DNA from: Sumerlaeia bacterium
Lineage (GTDB): Bacteria > Sumerlaeota > Sumerlaeia > SLMS01 > JAHLLQ01
DNA: 64,000 bases
Reading direction: 5' to 3'
NCBI GenBank assembly: GCA_040219255.1
Contig: JAVJSW010000030.1
Coordinates: forward strand, 1 to 64,000
This document shows positions 36,132 through 45,279 of the stretch, piece by piece (position 1 is the first letter of the stretch; each line of letters starts with the position of its first letter). A program made the translations under genes and the position numbers. The notes beneath the pieces were generated by a model. It was given only the letters and a program-made list of their open reading frames with translations. It was not told where the DNA came from and did no database searches.

Positions 36132-37559
36132 ATGCGCGTGGGTTTAGTCACGTTGGGTTGCGACAAGAACACTGTCGACAATGAGTATCTGGCTGGGTTG
36201 CTGGCCAGCGACGGCCACAGCATCGAGGTCGCGACGGAGTCGAACCCGCCGGACGTGGTGGTGATCACGACGTGCGGGTTCCTGGCGTTGGCGCGGGATC
36301 AATCGCTCGAGTCGATCCGCGATTGGGCGAAAATCCGCGCGACCCACGGGACGCGGCTCGGCGTGATCGGATGTCTGGCCCAGCGTGCCAGCGAGCAGCT
36401 CCTGCGCGATTTTCCTGAGATCGACTTCCTGGCGGGCGTCGGCGATTTCGAGCGCGTGGCGCGCCTCGTCGCCGGGGCCAACAAGAGCCGATTCCTGCAG
36501 CCCGTCGGCGCCGGGGCCGAGAACGGGCCCTGGGACCTCTCGTCACAGAGTGCGACATCCGTCTCCGACATCGAGTTCGACGATCGCGAATTCACTCCTG
36601 ACGCGCCCCGGGTGCTGGTGCCGAGGACCCTGCCGCGCCAGCGCATGGACCGCCGGCCACACGGGTTTCTGAAGATCAGCGATGGCTGCAATCATACCTG
36701 CACGTTTTGCAGTATTCCGCTGATGAAGGGCGTTTACACCAGCGTGCCGCGCCAGACCCTTCTCGACGAAACGCGGCGGATGCTCGACGATGGCGTTCGC
36801 GAAATCAACATCGTGGCCCAGGACATCACCAAGTATGGCCTGGACACGGAGAAAAAGCTGGCGCTGCCGGACTTGCTGCACGAGCTGTGCGCCATTGAGG
36901 GCAAGTTCTGGCTGCGGCTGTTCTACCTCTACCCGTCCACCGTGACGCGGGACTTGATCGCGCTGATGAAGGAAGAGCCGAAGATCGCGCGTTACCTGGA
37001 CATTCCGCTCCAGCACCTGGACCAGAACGTTCTGCGGCGCATGAAGCGCCCCCACGACCGCGAGCGGACGATGGATTTGCTGCGCCGCGTCCGCGAAGAG
37101 CTGCCCGAGGTGGCATTGCGGACGACGTTCATCGTGGGCTTCCCGGGGGAAACGCCCGCGGAGTTCAAGACCCTGACGGACGGCGTGAAGGAAATCAAAT
37201 TCGAGCGCCTCGGGGTGTTCGCGTACTCGCGCGAGGAAGGGACGCCGGCCGCCGATCTGCCGAATCAGGTGACGGAGAAGGTGAAGCTGCGCCGCAAGGA
37301 CAAGCTGATGAAGCTGCAAGCGAAGATCAGCTCGGACTGGGCTTTCGACCAGATGGGCACGGTGCGGGAGGTTCTGATCGAGGGCCGGGTGCCGGACAGC
37401 GAATGGTACGTGGGCCGCAGCCACAGCGAAGCGGCGGACATCGACGGGGTGGTGCGGGTGATCTCGCCGAAGCGCGAATTGAAGACCGGGGATTTCGTGC
37501 GGGCCGAAGTGATTGAGGCGAGCACCTACGATCTCACCGCCGAAGTTCTTGACGCCTAG
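36132..37559 (+). CDS. rimO: Ribosomal protein S12 methylthiotransferase
   Basis: LGCDKN.VD.E, TCGF, GC, radical SAM CNHTCTFC, YLYP, TRAM domain GRS..EAADIDG. Confidence 0.92.
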   Translation: MRVGLVTLGCDKNTVDNEYLAGLLASDGHSIEVATESNPPDVVVITTCGFLALARDQSLESIRDWAKIRATHGTRLGVIGCLAQRASEQLLRDFPEIDFLAGVGDFERVARLVAGANKSRFLQPVGAGAENGPWDLSSQSATSVSDIEFDDREFTPDAPRVLVPRTLPRQRMDRRPHGFLKISDGCNHTCTFCSIPLMKGVYTSVPRQTLLDETRRMLDDGVREINIVAQDITKYGLDTEKKLALPDLLHELCAIEGKFWLRLFYLYPSTVTRDLIALMKEEPKIARYLDIPLQHLDQNVLRRMKRPHDRERTMDLLRRVREELPEVALRTTFIVGFPGETPAEFKTLTDGVKEIKFERLGVFAYSREEGTPAADLPNQVTEKVKLRRKDKLMKLQAKISSDWAFDQMGTVREVLIEGRVPDSEWYVGRSHSEAADIDGVVRVISPKRELKTGDFVRAEVIEASTYDLTAEVLDA

Positions 37560-37618
37560 GGCGCCTTTCGCGCCAAACGTCTGTTGGAACGCCTCGCCTG
37601 ATTCCGGAAACCCAATCC

Positions 37619-37966
37619 GTGCCCTCCAAGAGAAAACGCCGACAGACGCAGGAATCGCGGCTCGCCCTGATTGGCAGCGTGCTGATTCTGTTCGGCATCG
37701 TGTTCCCCGTGGCTTTCACGCACATCCTGGGCGACATGGAGGCGGGGCCGACACGTCAGTCGCTGACGATCGCGCGCGACGTGCTCTTGCTGCTGTTCCC
37801 CATCGGGTTCATTTGCCTGGTGTTCGGGATGGCGATGCAGGGCAGCCGCCAGCGCCGGCGCCACCGCGGGCCGAGGCGCCCCCAGAGCCACGCTTCGCCG
37901 CTGCCTCCGCGCCGTCCGAAGCCTCGTAAACGCAAGGCTTCGCCGTCGCCTCCCTCACAGGATTGA
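37619..37966 (+). CDS. Small two-TM membrane protein
   Basis: Two hydrophobic segments with basic flanks. Confidence 0.6.
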   Translation: MPSKRKRRQTQESRLALIGSVLILFGIVFPVAFTHILGDMEAGPTRQSLTIARDVLLLLFPIGFICLVFGMAMQGSRQRRRHRGPRRPQSHASPLPPRRPKPRKRKASPSPPSQD

Positions 37967-38860
37967 GTTGGGAGGCGGGCTTTCGGCGGGGGCGGTTTTC
38001 TTTTCCTCCGCCGCGGGGATGACCGCGGCGGGTTTTGGTGCGTGGAAGGCGTAGAGGAATCGCCGCATGATGGCCTGTTCGATGCGGCCTTTCGCGCGGG
38101 CGGGCACGGGCATGCGCACGAGCAGGTTGATGCGGCCGGGTTCGGGCGTGATGAGAGATACGCGGGGGTCCGCGTTGGGGGGCTCGAGGCCGAACTCCAG
38201 GCTGGCGCGCCGCAGGTGGTTTCTCGCCGTTTCGAAGTAACTGGAGCACTCCTCCTTGGCGGCCTGGAGAAGAAGACGTTCGGCGCGCTGCCAGTCCTCG
38301 TCGATTTTGATGGGGACGCTGAAGGAATGCAGGACGTAGTCTTCCGTGTAGGTTTCGTTGACCACCGCCTGGGTCAGGAACAGCGAATTGGGCAGTGTGA
38401 TCGAACGGCCGGTGTGCTGGTGGCTGGTGGCGCCAGGGCCGATTTCCAGAATCGTCGTCGTCAGGAACGTGCGGTCCACCACGTCGCCCCGTGTCGTGCC
38501 GACTTCGATGCGGTCGCCGACCTGGAACGAGTCGGAAATGTTGCGCAGGACGGCGCCGCTGATGCACATGATCAGCTCTTTCGTCGCGATCACAATGGCG
38601 CCCGCCACCACCACGAACGACACCGCGATCGTGCGCAGCCCTTCCGCCCAGATGATCCCCAATCCCACTAACATCAGCAGGAGCGAGGAGTTGCGGATGT
38701 TGACGACGAAGCGGCGCCGGTCCTCCTGCGAGAGGCCCTCCTTCTTCTGGACCCGCCGCAGCGTGATCCACCGCACCAGCCAGATGGTCAGGATAAAGAG
38801 AAGGGACTGGACAGTGGCGCCAAGGTACTGGTGCTCTTTGAGATACTCGTAAATGGCCAA
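37955..38860 (-). CDS. MscS-family mechanosensitive channel
   Basis: AIVIATKELI, FQVGDRIEV...GDV, LPNS. Confidence 0.88.
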   Translation of the reverse strand: MAIYEYLKEHQYLGATVQSLLFILTIWLVRWITLRRVQKKEGLSQEDRRRFVVNIRNSSLLLMLVGLGIIWAEGLRTIAVSFVVVAGAIVIATKELIMCISGAVLRNISDSFQVGDRIEVGTTRGDVVDRTFLTTTILEIGPGATSHQHTGRSITLPNSLFLTQAVVNETYTEDYVLHSFSVPIKIDEDWQRAERLLLQAAKEECSSYFETARNHLRRASLEFGLEPPNADPRVSLITPEPGRINLLVRMPVPARAKGRIEQAIMRRFLYAFHAPKPAAVIPAAEEKKTAPAESPPPNSIL

Positions 38861-38926
38861 GGGTCGGGGCTTCGAAGTGGGATGGCACTTGTCCGCAACG
38901 CGGAAGCCGCACCTTAAGCCAAGCCT

Positions 38927-40039
38927 TTACAAGCGATCAAACACTTTGTCGTAACCGACCAGTTCGACGTAGCCTTTGCCGGTGGCGGGCGCGCCGCGCC
39001 AGGTGCCTTCGACCGTCACGGCGCCTTCCCAGTAGTTCGTGCCGGTCGATTGCTCGGTCAGCATTTCCTGGTCTTCGAAACGGGGCAGAACCCGGAGAGC
39101 GCCGTCGAATTGCGGCACTTCGATTTCCCAACCCATCGGATAGACGGCGCCGGTGTGGGGGCTGGTCCAGGTGCCCGTGGGGCGGATGTCGTAGGCGCTC
39201 TTTGGCAGGAGGGTTTTCTCGCCCCCTGGACCGACAAGGGTGCCGATGGACTGCGGATTGAAGGTGCCGTCGGCCCGCCGCAGGCCGTACACCATCAGGT
39301 CTTCGCCGTTCGCGAGCTGAAGCGCGAACCAGTCCCATCCGACTTCTTCGCCAGAGAGCTGGTCGCTGCCGAATTCGTGATCGAACCAGGACAGGCCGCG
39401 GACCGCGTAGTCCTCGCCGCGCCAGGTCAGGGTGCCCTCGGTGTTCAGCCGCGTGTAGGTGATGTAGTGGCTGGCCTGGCCGGGGTCGCTGGCTTTCTGA
39501 TGCACGCCGTTTTCGCCATGGATGACGAAGGGCTTGGCGGGCGAGAGGCGGAAATCGAGAGCCGCGCCTTCGACCTCGGCGGTCAGGAGAATCGTCTCGT
39601 CCGGCTCCATGCGGACCGCCAGATCGCCGACGCGGACGTCGAGGCGGTCGGTGGCGCCATGGGCTTGGCCGAGGCCTTCGCGGCCGACCGCTTCCCAGTT
39701 CTCGTGGGCCTCGTTGGTGATGTCGCTGATGGCGAAATGGCCCAGGAAGACGTTGCTTGGCACCAGGGGCGAGGCGCCCGCGCGAGGATCGCCCGGCGGG
39801 ATCAGGCCAGTGCGGAAGATGGTCAGTTCATAGCCGAAGGGGCGTCCGCTCTCGGTTTCCAGGTTGCCGGTGAAGTACCACCACTCGGTCTGGAAATCCG
39901 GGTGCGACCCGTGGTCGCGGGGGAACTCGTAGGCGAATCCGGGGAGGGCGCGCTGGAAGCCTTCGCTCCTGACGGTTGCGGGGAAAAAAGAAGCTAAACC
40001 CAACAGAATCAATAGTGGAGCGAAGGCGAATCGGGTCAT
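38927..40039 (-). CDS. AttH/CrtC-like lipocalin-fold secreted protein
   Basis: FPRDHG.HP.FQTEWWYFTGNL, WFDHEF, GWDWF, YWEG, GYVELVGY. Confidence 0.88.
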   Translation of the reverse strand: MTRFAFAPLLILLGLASFFPATVRSEGFQRALPGFAYEFPRDHGSHPDFQTEWWYFTGNLETESGRPFGYELTIFRTGLIPPGDPRAGASPLVPSNVFLGHFAISDITNEAHENWEAVGREGLGQAHGATDRLDVRVGDLAVRMEPDETILLTAEVEGAALDFRLSPAKPFVIHGENGVHQKASDPGQASHYITYTRLNTEGTLTWRGEDYAVRGLSWFDHEFGSDQLSGEEVGWDWFALQLANGEDLMVYGLRRADGTFNPQSIGTLVGPGGEKTLLPKSAYDIRPTGTWTSPHTGAVYPMGWEIEVPQFDGALRVLPRFEDQEMLTEQSTGTNYWEGAVTVEGTWRGAPATGKGYVELVGYDKVFDRL

Positions 40040-40653
40040 GGGAGAGGAGCGAGCTTGTCGTAGCCCGCGTTGGGGCCGTAGGTGATGTCGCCGGGGCTGA
40101 CGGTGCCGTTGGTCGGATCGTAGGGCATGCCGGAATCGGGCCCTTCGCCATCGGGGCCGCGGCTGTGGAGGCGATAGGGGCCATACACGCGGCGCATCTG
40201 GCTGAACTGGGCGAAGCGGTTCGCCGAATCCACTGCGCGCGCCAGGGCGTAATCCCAGTTCACGTAGAGGTATTCGGTCTCTTTGCGGTCGCCGCCGCGC
40301 TCGGCGAGGAAGGGGTCCTGGGGCATTTGGGTGATGTAGGAAATGGGCGAGGTGATGGGGTTTGGGCCGTTGAAGGGGGGCGACGCGCCGAAGCCGGTGA
40401 CCTGGCCACCGATGTGGAAGGCCAGCGCCGTGCCGTCGTAGTGATAGGTGGGATATTGGTTGTTATCGACGCGGTAGGTTTCGAGCGCCGTGACAACGGT
40501 GCGCAGGTCGGCCTTGGCGCGCGAGACCTTGGAACGCACTTGGGCCTGCAAGAGGTTCGGGATGGCGATGGCGGCGAGAATGGCGATAATGGCCACCGTG
40601 ACCAGGAGTTCGATGAGGGTGAAGGCGGGGGACTTAGCGGGGGATGAGTTCAT
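40036..40653 (-). CDS. Prepilin-type N-terminal cleavage/methylation domain protein
   Basis: PA|FTLIELLVTVAIIAILAAIAIPN; SRGPD; YDPTNGTVSPGDI. Confidence 0.9.
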   Translation of the reverse strand: MNSSPAKSPAFTLIELLVTVAIIAILAAIAIPNLLQAQVRSKVSRAKADLRTVVTALETYRVDNNQYPTYHYDGTALAFHIGGQVTGFGASPPFNGPNPITSPISYITQMPQDPFLAERGGDRKETEYLYVNWDYALARAVDSANRFAQFSQMRRVYGPYRLHSRGPDGEGPDSGMPYDPTNGTVSPGDITYGPNAGYDKLAPLP

Positions 40654-40731
40654 AAGTGGACTCCAGAGCGGGGATTTCTTCGTCGCTGAAATCAGGTTTA
40701 GAACCAAAGTTTAGGAATCGCGCAACCATTT

Positions 40732-43317
40732 TCAGCGAACGCCCATCATCGACCTCCCGTTGCCCCGGTTCACCGCTTCGCGCGCTGGGAGCACGGAGGC
40801 CGCAAGGGTCGCGCCGAAGACGACGAGGGCGATCTGGCCGATCAGCAGCCACGGAATCTCATACTGGATGGTCCAGCCAAAGCTCTGAATCATGATGACT
40901 TTCGTCAGAATCCACGACAAAGCGAGACCGCTCGCCACGCCGAGGACCACCCCCACGAAGCCCAGCAGCGCCGATTCCAGAGCGATCATTTTCGCGACTC
41001 GGCCCTTGGACGCGCCGACGTACCGCAGCGCCAGAATCTCGTCGGCGCGGTCGAGAATCTGGGCGAAGAGCGTCGTGGCGACGCCCAACACGGCGACGAT
41101 AATCGCAATGAATTGAAGAACGTAGGTGACGCCAAAGGTGCGGTCGAAGGCTTCCAGGGCATAACCCCGCAGTTCGCTGTTGGCGCTGATGCGAAGCGGC
41201 GGAACGGTGCCGAGTTCGGCGGCGGCGCCTTCGATGGCCCGCCGGGCGGCGCCTGGGTCGGCGCCATCCTTCAGATAAACGGCCACGCTGTCGATGAGGG
41301 GGTCATCGAAGAGCTGGAGGTACAACTCGCGGTCCATGATCGCGTAGCCCTGTTCCGAGCTGTAATCGTAGTAAACCGAGGCAATGACGAACTCGCGCAG
41401 GCCCCCGGGCGTCGGGACCGCGACGGTGTCGCCGCGTTCCAGGCCGCGTTTGCGGGCGAAGGCTTCGCTGACGATGAGCTGATCGTTGGCTTTGGCCTCG
41501 CGCAGGACTTCGGCCATGGGCCGACCGTAGATGTCCTCGTTGCTAAAGCGAGCCGCCTCAAGCCTACCCGCGCCCAGAAAGGCGGGTGCGCCCATCAGAT
41601 CCATGCGCCTCGTGCGGAACGGATCGACAAACGCCACGCCGTCCAGCGCCTCAATGCGATCGGCCAGCGCCGCGTCCATCGGCTCGGCGCGGGCCACGGC
41701 GGACGGAGCGCGGGGGCTGACGTAGAGGTCGGCTTGCAAGACCTGCTGCATCCACACGACCACGGTGTCGCGGAAACTGGCGACCATGACGCTGACGCTG
41801 ATGGTCATGCCCAGGCCCAGCATCAGGCCGCCAATCGCTACGCTGGCGCGGCCCAGGCTGCTCTGGGTGCTGCTGATGGCGAGGAGGCCCTCGGCGCCGA
41901 AGAGCCGCGCGTAGGGCGCCTTGGCGGCGCGGCTCAGGCCATCGAGCAACCCCGGCACCGCGCACAGGAACGCCACCACGAAGGCAAGAGAGGCGGCGTA
42001 GCCCTCGATCGGCAGGCCCGGCCGGGGATCGAGGAAGAGGAGGCCGGCGCCTGCCAGGAGGCTTGCCAAGCCGAGCGCCAGCCGCCAGCGCGACCGGGGG
42101 CGGAGCGTGTGCTCCAGCGAACCGCGCCGCATCGTGTTGGCGGGCGGGGTGGCGGAGGCCTCCGCCGCCGGACCCCACGCCGCCGCCAGTGCCGTCGCCA
42201 TGCCGAGGCCGAGGGCGAAGAGGAGCTTACCGGGCGAGAGGGCGAGGCTCTCGGCGTTGGTCTGCACGAAGTTGATGGAGATGGCGGCGCTGACGGTGTC
42301 GAGGAGCGCGGCGGCGAGGCCAATTCCCCCCACGATACCAAGGACGCCGCCGACGGCGCCCATGAGGAGGCCCTCGGCCAGGAACGCCCAGCGCACGCGG
42401 CGCCGGGAAATGCCCAAGGCGCGGAGAGTTCCGATGACTTCGCGGCGCCGCACGACGGCGATGCTCATGGTGTTGTAGATCAGGAACGCCCCCACCAGCA
42501 GAGAAATGTGCCCCAGTGCGCCGAGATTGAACCGGAACGCGGCGAGCATGTTGTCCACTTGGGTGCTGCGGGCTTCCGGGCGTTCGATGCTGACGGTGGG
42601 GGGGAGGAGCCGGGCGAGGCGGTCCTGGATGGTGGCGGTGGGAAGGCCCTCGGTGGTGATGAGGTCGATGCGGTCGAGCCTTCCGCCACGCCGCAGCAGC
42701 AGATCCGCGTTACCCAAATCCATGACGGCGACGTTTCCGCCGAGGGCTTCGGCGTAGGTCGAACCGCGCACCACGCCCGCGACGAAGACTTCGGTCTCGA
42801 GCCCCAAGACGCGCAGCCGCGTGCGCTCGCCCAGGGCAAGGCCCGCGCGGTTGAGGAAACCCTCGGCGAAAATCATCGCGCCGGGTGAGGTGAGAAGATC
42901 GGTAAAGCCAACGTTTTCAGCCAGCTGAAAGCTCAGATCGCGCACTTCCTCCTCGCCACCGGGGGCGAGCAGATCGACAGCCAGGAGGGTCAGCGTTTCG
43001 GTGCTTCCTTCGGCGGGGACGAACGTGGCGGTGCCTTCGATCAAAGGCGCGACCGCTTCGACGCCTTCGGCCTTCGCCAGAGTCCGCGTCAGCGCCGGGT
43101 CGATGCCGGCGCCATTGCCGCGAACGGTCAAAGTCGCTCGGCCGGCGACGTCGCTGACGGTGCGTTTGAAGGACGCGACGGCGCTCTCGTTGGCGAGATC
43201 GATGGCCACGAGGACCGCGACTCCGAGCGCCACTCCAAGAATCGTCAGGAGTGTGCGCCCGCGCTCGTGTCGCAGGTAGCTGCCGATCAAGGCCTTGAAA
43301 ACGGGAAAGCGGCCCAT
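40732..43317 (-). CDS. ABC transporter permease, duplicated FtsX/MacB-like
   Basis: LTILGVALGVAV; LVGAFLIYNT...RRREVIGTLRALG; second FtsX module. Confidence 0.92.
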   Translation of the reverse strand: MGRFPVFKALIGSYLRHERGRTLLTILGVALGVAVLVAIDLANESAVASFKRTVSDVAGRATLTVRGNGAGIDPALTRTLAKAEGVEAVAPLIEGTATFVPAEGSTETLTLLAVDLLAPGGEEEVRDLSFQLAENVGFTDLLTSPGAMIFAEGFLNRAGLALGERTRLRVLGLETEVFVAGVVRGSTYAEALGGNVAVMDLGNADLLLRRGGRLDRIDLITTEGLPTATIQDRLARLLPPTVSIERPEARSTQVDNMLAAFRFNLGALGHISLLVGAFLIYNTMSIAVVRRREVIGTLRALGISRRRVRWAFLAEGLLMGAVGGVLGIVGGIGLAAALLDTVSAAISINFVQTNAESLALSPGKLLFALGLGMATALAAAWGPAAEASATPPANTMRRGSLEHTLRPRSRWRLALGLASLLAGAGLLFLDPRPGLPIEGYAASLAFVVAFLCAVPGLLDGLSRAAKAPYARLFGAEGLLAISSTQSSLGRASVAIGGLMLGLGMTISVSVMVASFRDTVVVWMQQVLQADLYVSPRAPSAVARAEPMDAALADRIEALDGVAFVDPFRTRRMDLMGAPAFLGAGRLEAARFSNEDIYGRPMAEVLREAKANDQLIVSEAFARKRGLERGDTVAVPTPGGLREFVIASVYYDYSSEQGYAIMDRELYLQLFDDPLIDSVAVYLKDGADPGAARRAIEGAAAELGTVPPLRISANSELRGYALEAFDRTFGVTYVLQFIAIIVAVLGVATTLFAQILDRADEILALRYVGASKGRVAKMIALESALLGFVGVVLGVASGLALSWILTKVIMIQSFGWTIQYEIPWLLIGQIALVVFGATLAASVLPAREAVNRGNGRSMMGVR

Positions 43318-43321
43318 CGGG

Positions 43322-44083
43322 TCAGGCGGCTCCCTCAGCGTCGTCGCCGGAAACCACCTGCCCGTCGCGCATGCGGACGACGCGGTCGCTGGCCTGGGTG
43401 GCGGCGAGGTCGTGCGTCGCCATGAGGACGGTGGCGCCGTGCTCCTGGGCCAGATTTCGGATCAGGGCGAGGATGGTCTCGCCGGTGCGCGAGTCCAGGT
43501 TGCCCGTGGGTTCGTCGGCGAGGAGCACTGCCGGGCGGTGGATCAGGGCCCGGGCGAGGGCGACGCGCTGCATTTCACCGCCAGAGAGCTGGCTGATGCG
43601 GCGGGCGCCTTTGCCGCCGAGGCCCACTTCCTCCTCCACGGAGGCGGCGGCGGCGTCGGCGTCGCGGGCGGGGCGGGATTGGAACAGGAGGGGCAGCGCG
43701 ATGTTCTCGCGCACCGTCAGGTTCGGCAGCAGGTTGAAGAACTGGAAAACGAAGCCGATGTGGCGGAGGCGGAACTCGCTGCGCTGCTTGTCGGTCAGGC
43801 GGGCGAGGTTCTGTCCCGCCACGGTCACTATCCCCGCATCGGGTACGTCGAGGCCGCCCACCATGTTGAGAAGTGTGGTCTTGCCGCTGCCGGAGGAGCC
43901 CATGAGGGAGACGAACTCGCCGGGGCGAACGTCGAGGGAGACGCCGCGCAGGACCGGGACGGGAGGCTGGCCTTTGCGTTCGGTGCCGTAGCTTTTCGAA
44001 ACATCGCGAATCGAGATGGCGGGAGACGGAGCCGATTCGGCGGCGGGCTGGGGGGCGGGGGCGGTATCGGCCGCAGGGGGCAT
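43322..44083 (-). CDS. ABC transporter ATP-binding protein (LolD/MacB-like)
   Basis: GSSGSGKT, LSGGEMQRVA, LADEPTGNLD, ATHD. Confidence 0.95.
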   Translation of the reverse strand: MPPAADTAPAPQPAAESAPSPAISIRDVSKSYGTERKGQPPVPVLRGVSLDVRPGEFVSLMGSSGSGKTTLLNMVGGLDVPDAGIVTVAGQNLARLTDKQRSEFRLRHIGFVFQFFNLLPNLTVRENIALPLLFQSRPARDADAAAASVEEEVGLGGKGARRISQLSGGEMQRVALARALIHRPAVLLADEPTGNLDSRTGETILALIRNLAQEHGATVLMATHDLAATQASDRVVRMRDGQVVSGDDAEGAA

Positions 44084-44351
44084 GGGCAATTCCTGTTACG
44101 CGGGGCGGTTAGGTCGGGCAATGGCCTCGCGCGCTCGGGCGAGGTTCCGTCCGATCTCTGGCAGGAGCGGATATCGGACCAAGCGGGCCTGATCGATTTG
44201 CGCCGAGGGCCGCCGCGTTTTTTTTGTTTTGACGGCGAAGTTAAGGCTGTTCCGCAGATCGTCTCGAAAACAGGATTGCGAACATGGGCCGGGAAAGGAG
44301 AAGCCTTCGGAGATTGATCTCCTACTCCCTGGTTCCTCATTGGATTCGGCT

Positions 44352-45257
44352 ATGTCTTTCCGGCCCGCCTTCGTCTTCCATCCCGACTACGAGATGAACA
44401 TCGGCAAGCACGTTTTTCCAACGCAGAAGTTCCGGCTCATCAAGGAGCGGCTGATCTATGAGGGCGCGCTGACGGAGGGCGAACTGCTGGAGGCGCCGAA
44501 GGCGTCGGAGGCGGAACTGCTGGCGGTGCTGGAGAAGGATTACCTGAAGGATTTGAGAAGCTACCGGCACACGTCGCGCACGTCGCGGAGCGAACTGCCG
44601 ATCTGCGAGTCCATCGTCGAAGGCTGCGCGACGACGGCGGGGGGGACGCTTCTGGCGGTGGAGAAGGCGATGCACTGCGGCGGAGCCTGTCACATCGGCG
44701 GGGGGTTCCATCATGGCTTCGGCGATCACGCCGAGGGTTTCTGCTACATCAACGACGTGGCCGTGGCGGCGGCGAACGCCAAAGCCCGGGGATGGGCGCG
44801 GCGCATTGCCGTGATCGATACGGATGTCCATCAGGGCAACGGGACGGCGCGGATTTTTTCTTCCGATCTCGATGTGTTCACGTTTTCCATTCATCAGGAA
44901 CGGCTCTATCCGTTCGTCAAGGAAGCGAGCGACCTGGACATCGGCATGCCGCTGTTCGCCGGCGACGAAGCGTACCTGGACGCGCTGACGCAGGCGGTGG
45001 AGCGGGTGCTGAAGGAGCATCGGCCGGAGCTGGTTCTCTACGTCGCGGGGGTCGATCCCTATCGCAACGATGTGTTGGGATCGCTGGGGATCAGCTACGA
45101 AGGGATGGTCCGGCGGGAGCAGATCGTGCTGGGCGCGGCCATCGCGGCGCATGTGCCGTTCGTGACGATCACGGGCGGGGGCTACGCGCGCGACGTAACC
45201 GAGACGGTGGCGTTGCACGCCGAGACGATCATGACCGCCATCGAACTGTCCGCCTGA
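44352..45257 (+). CDS. Histone deacetylase family protein
   Basis: HVFP..KF, GGGFHH, GFCYINDVA, DTDVHQGNGT, GGGY. Confidence 0.92.
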   Translation: MSFRPAFVFHPDYEMNIGKHVFPTQKFRLIKERLIYEGALTEGELLEAPKASEAELLAVLEKDYLKDLRSYRHTSRTSRSELPICESIVEGCATTAGGTLLAVEKAMHCGGACHIGGGFHHGFGDHAEGFCYINDVAVAAANAKARGWARRIAVIDTDVHQGNGTARIFSSDLDVFTFSIHQERLYPFVKEASDLDIGMPLFAGDEAYLDALTQAVERVLKEHRPELVLYVAGVDPYRNDVLGSLGISYEGMVRREQIVLGAAIAAHVPFVTITGGGYARDVTETVALHAETIMTAIELSA

Positions 45258-45279
45258 GGGGACCCGGAAAAGCCGACTT

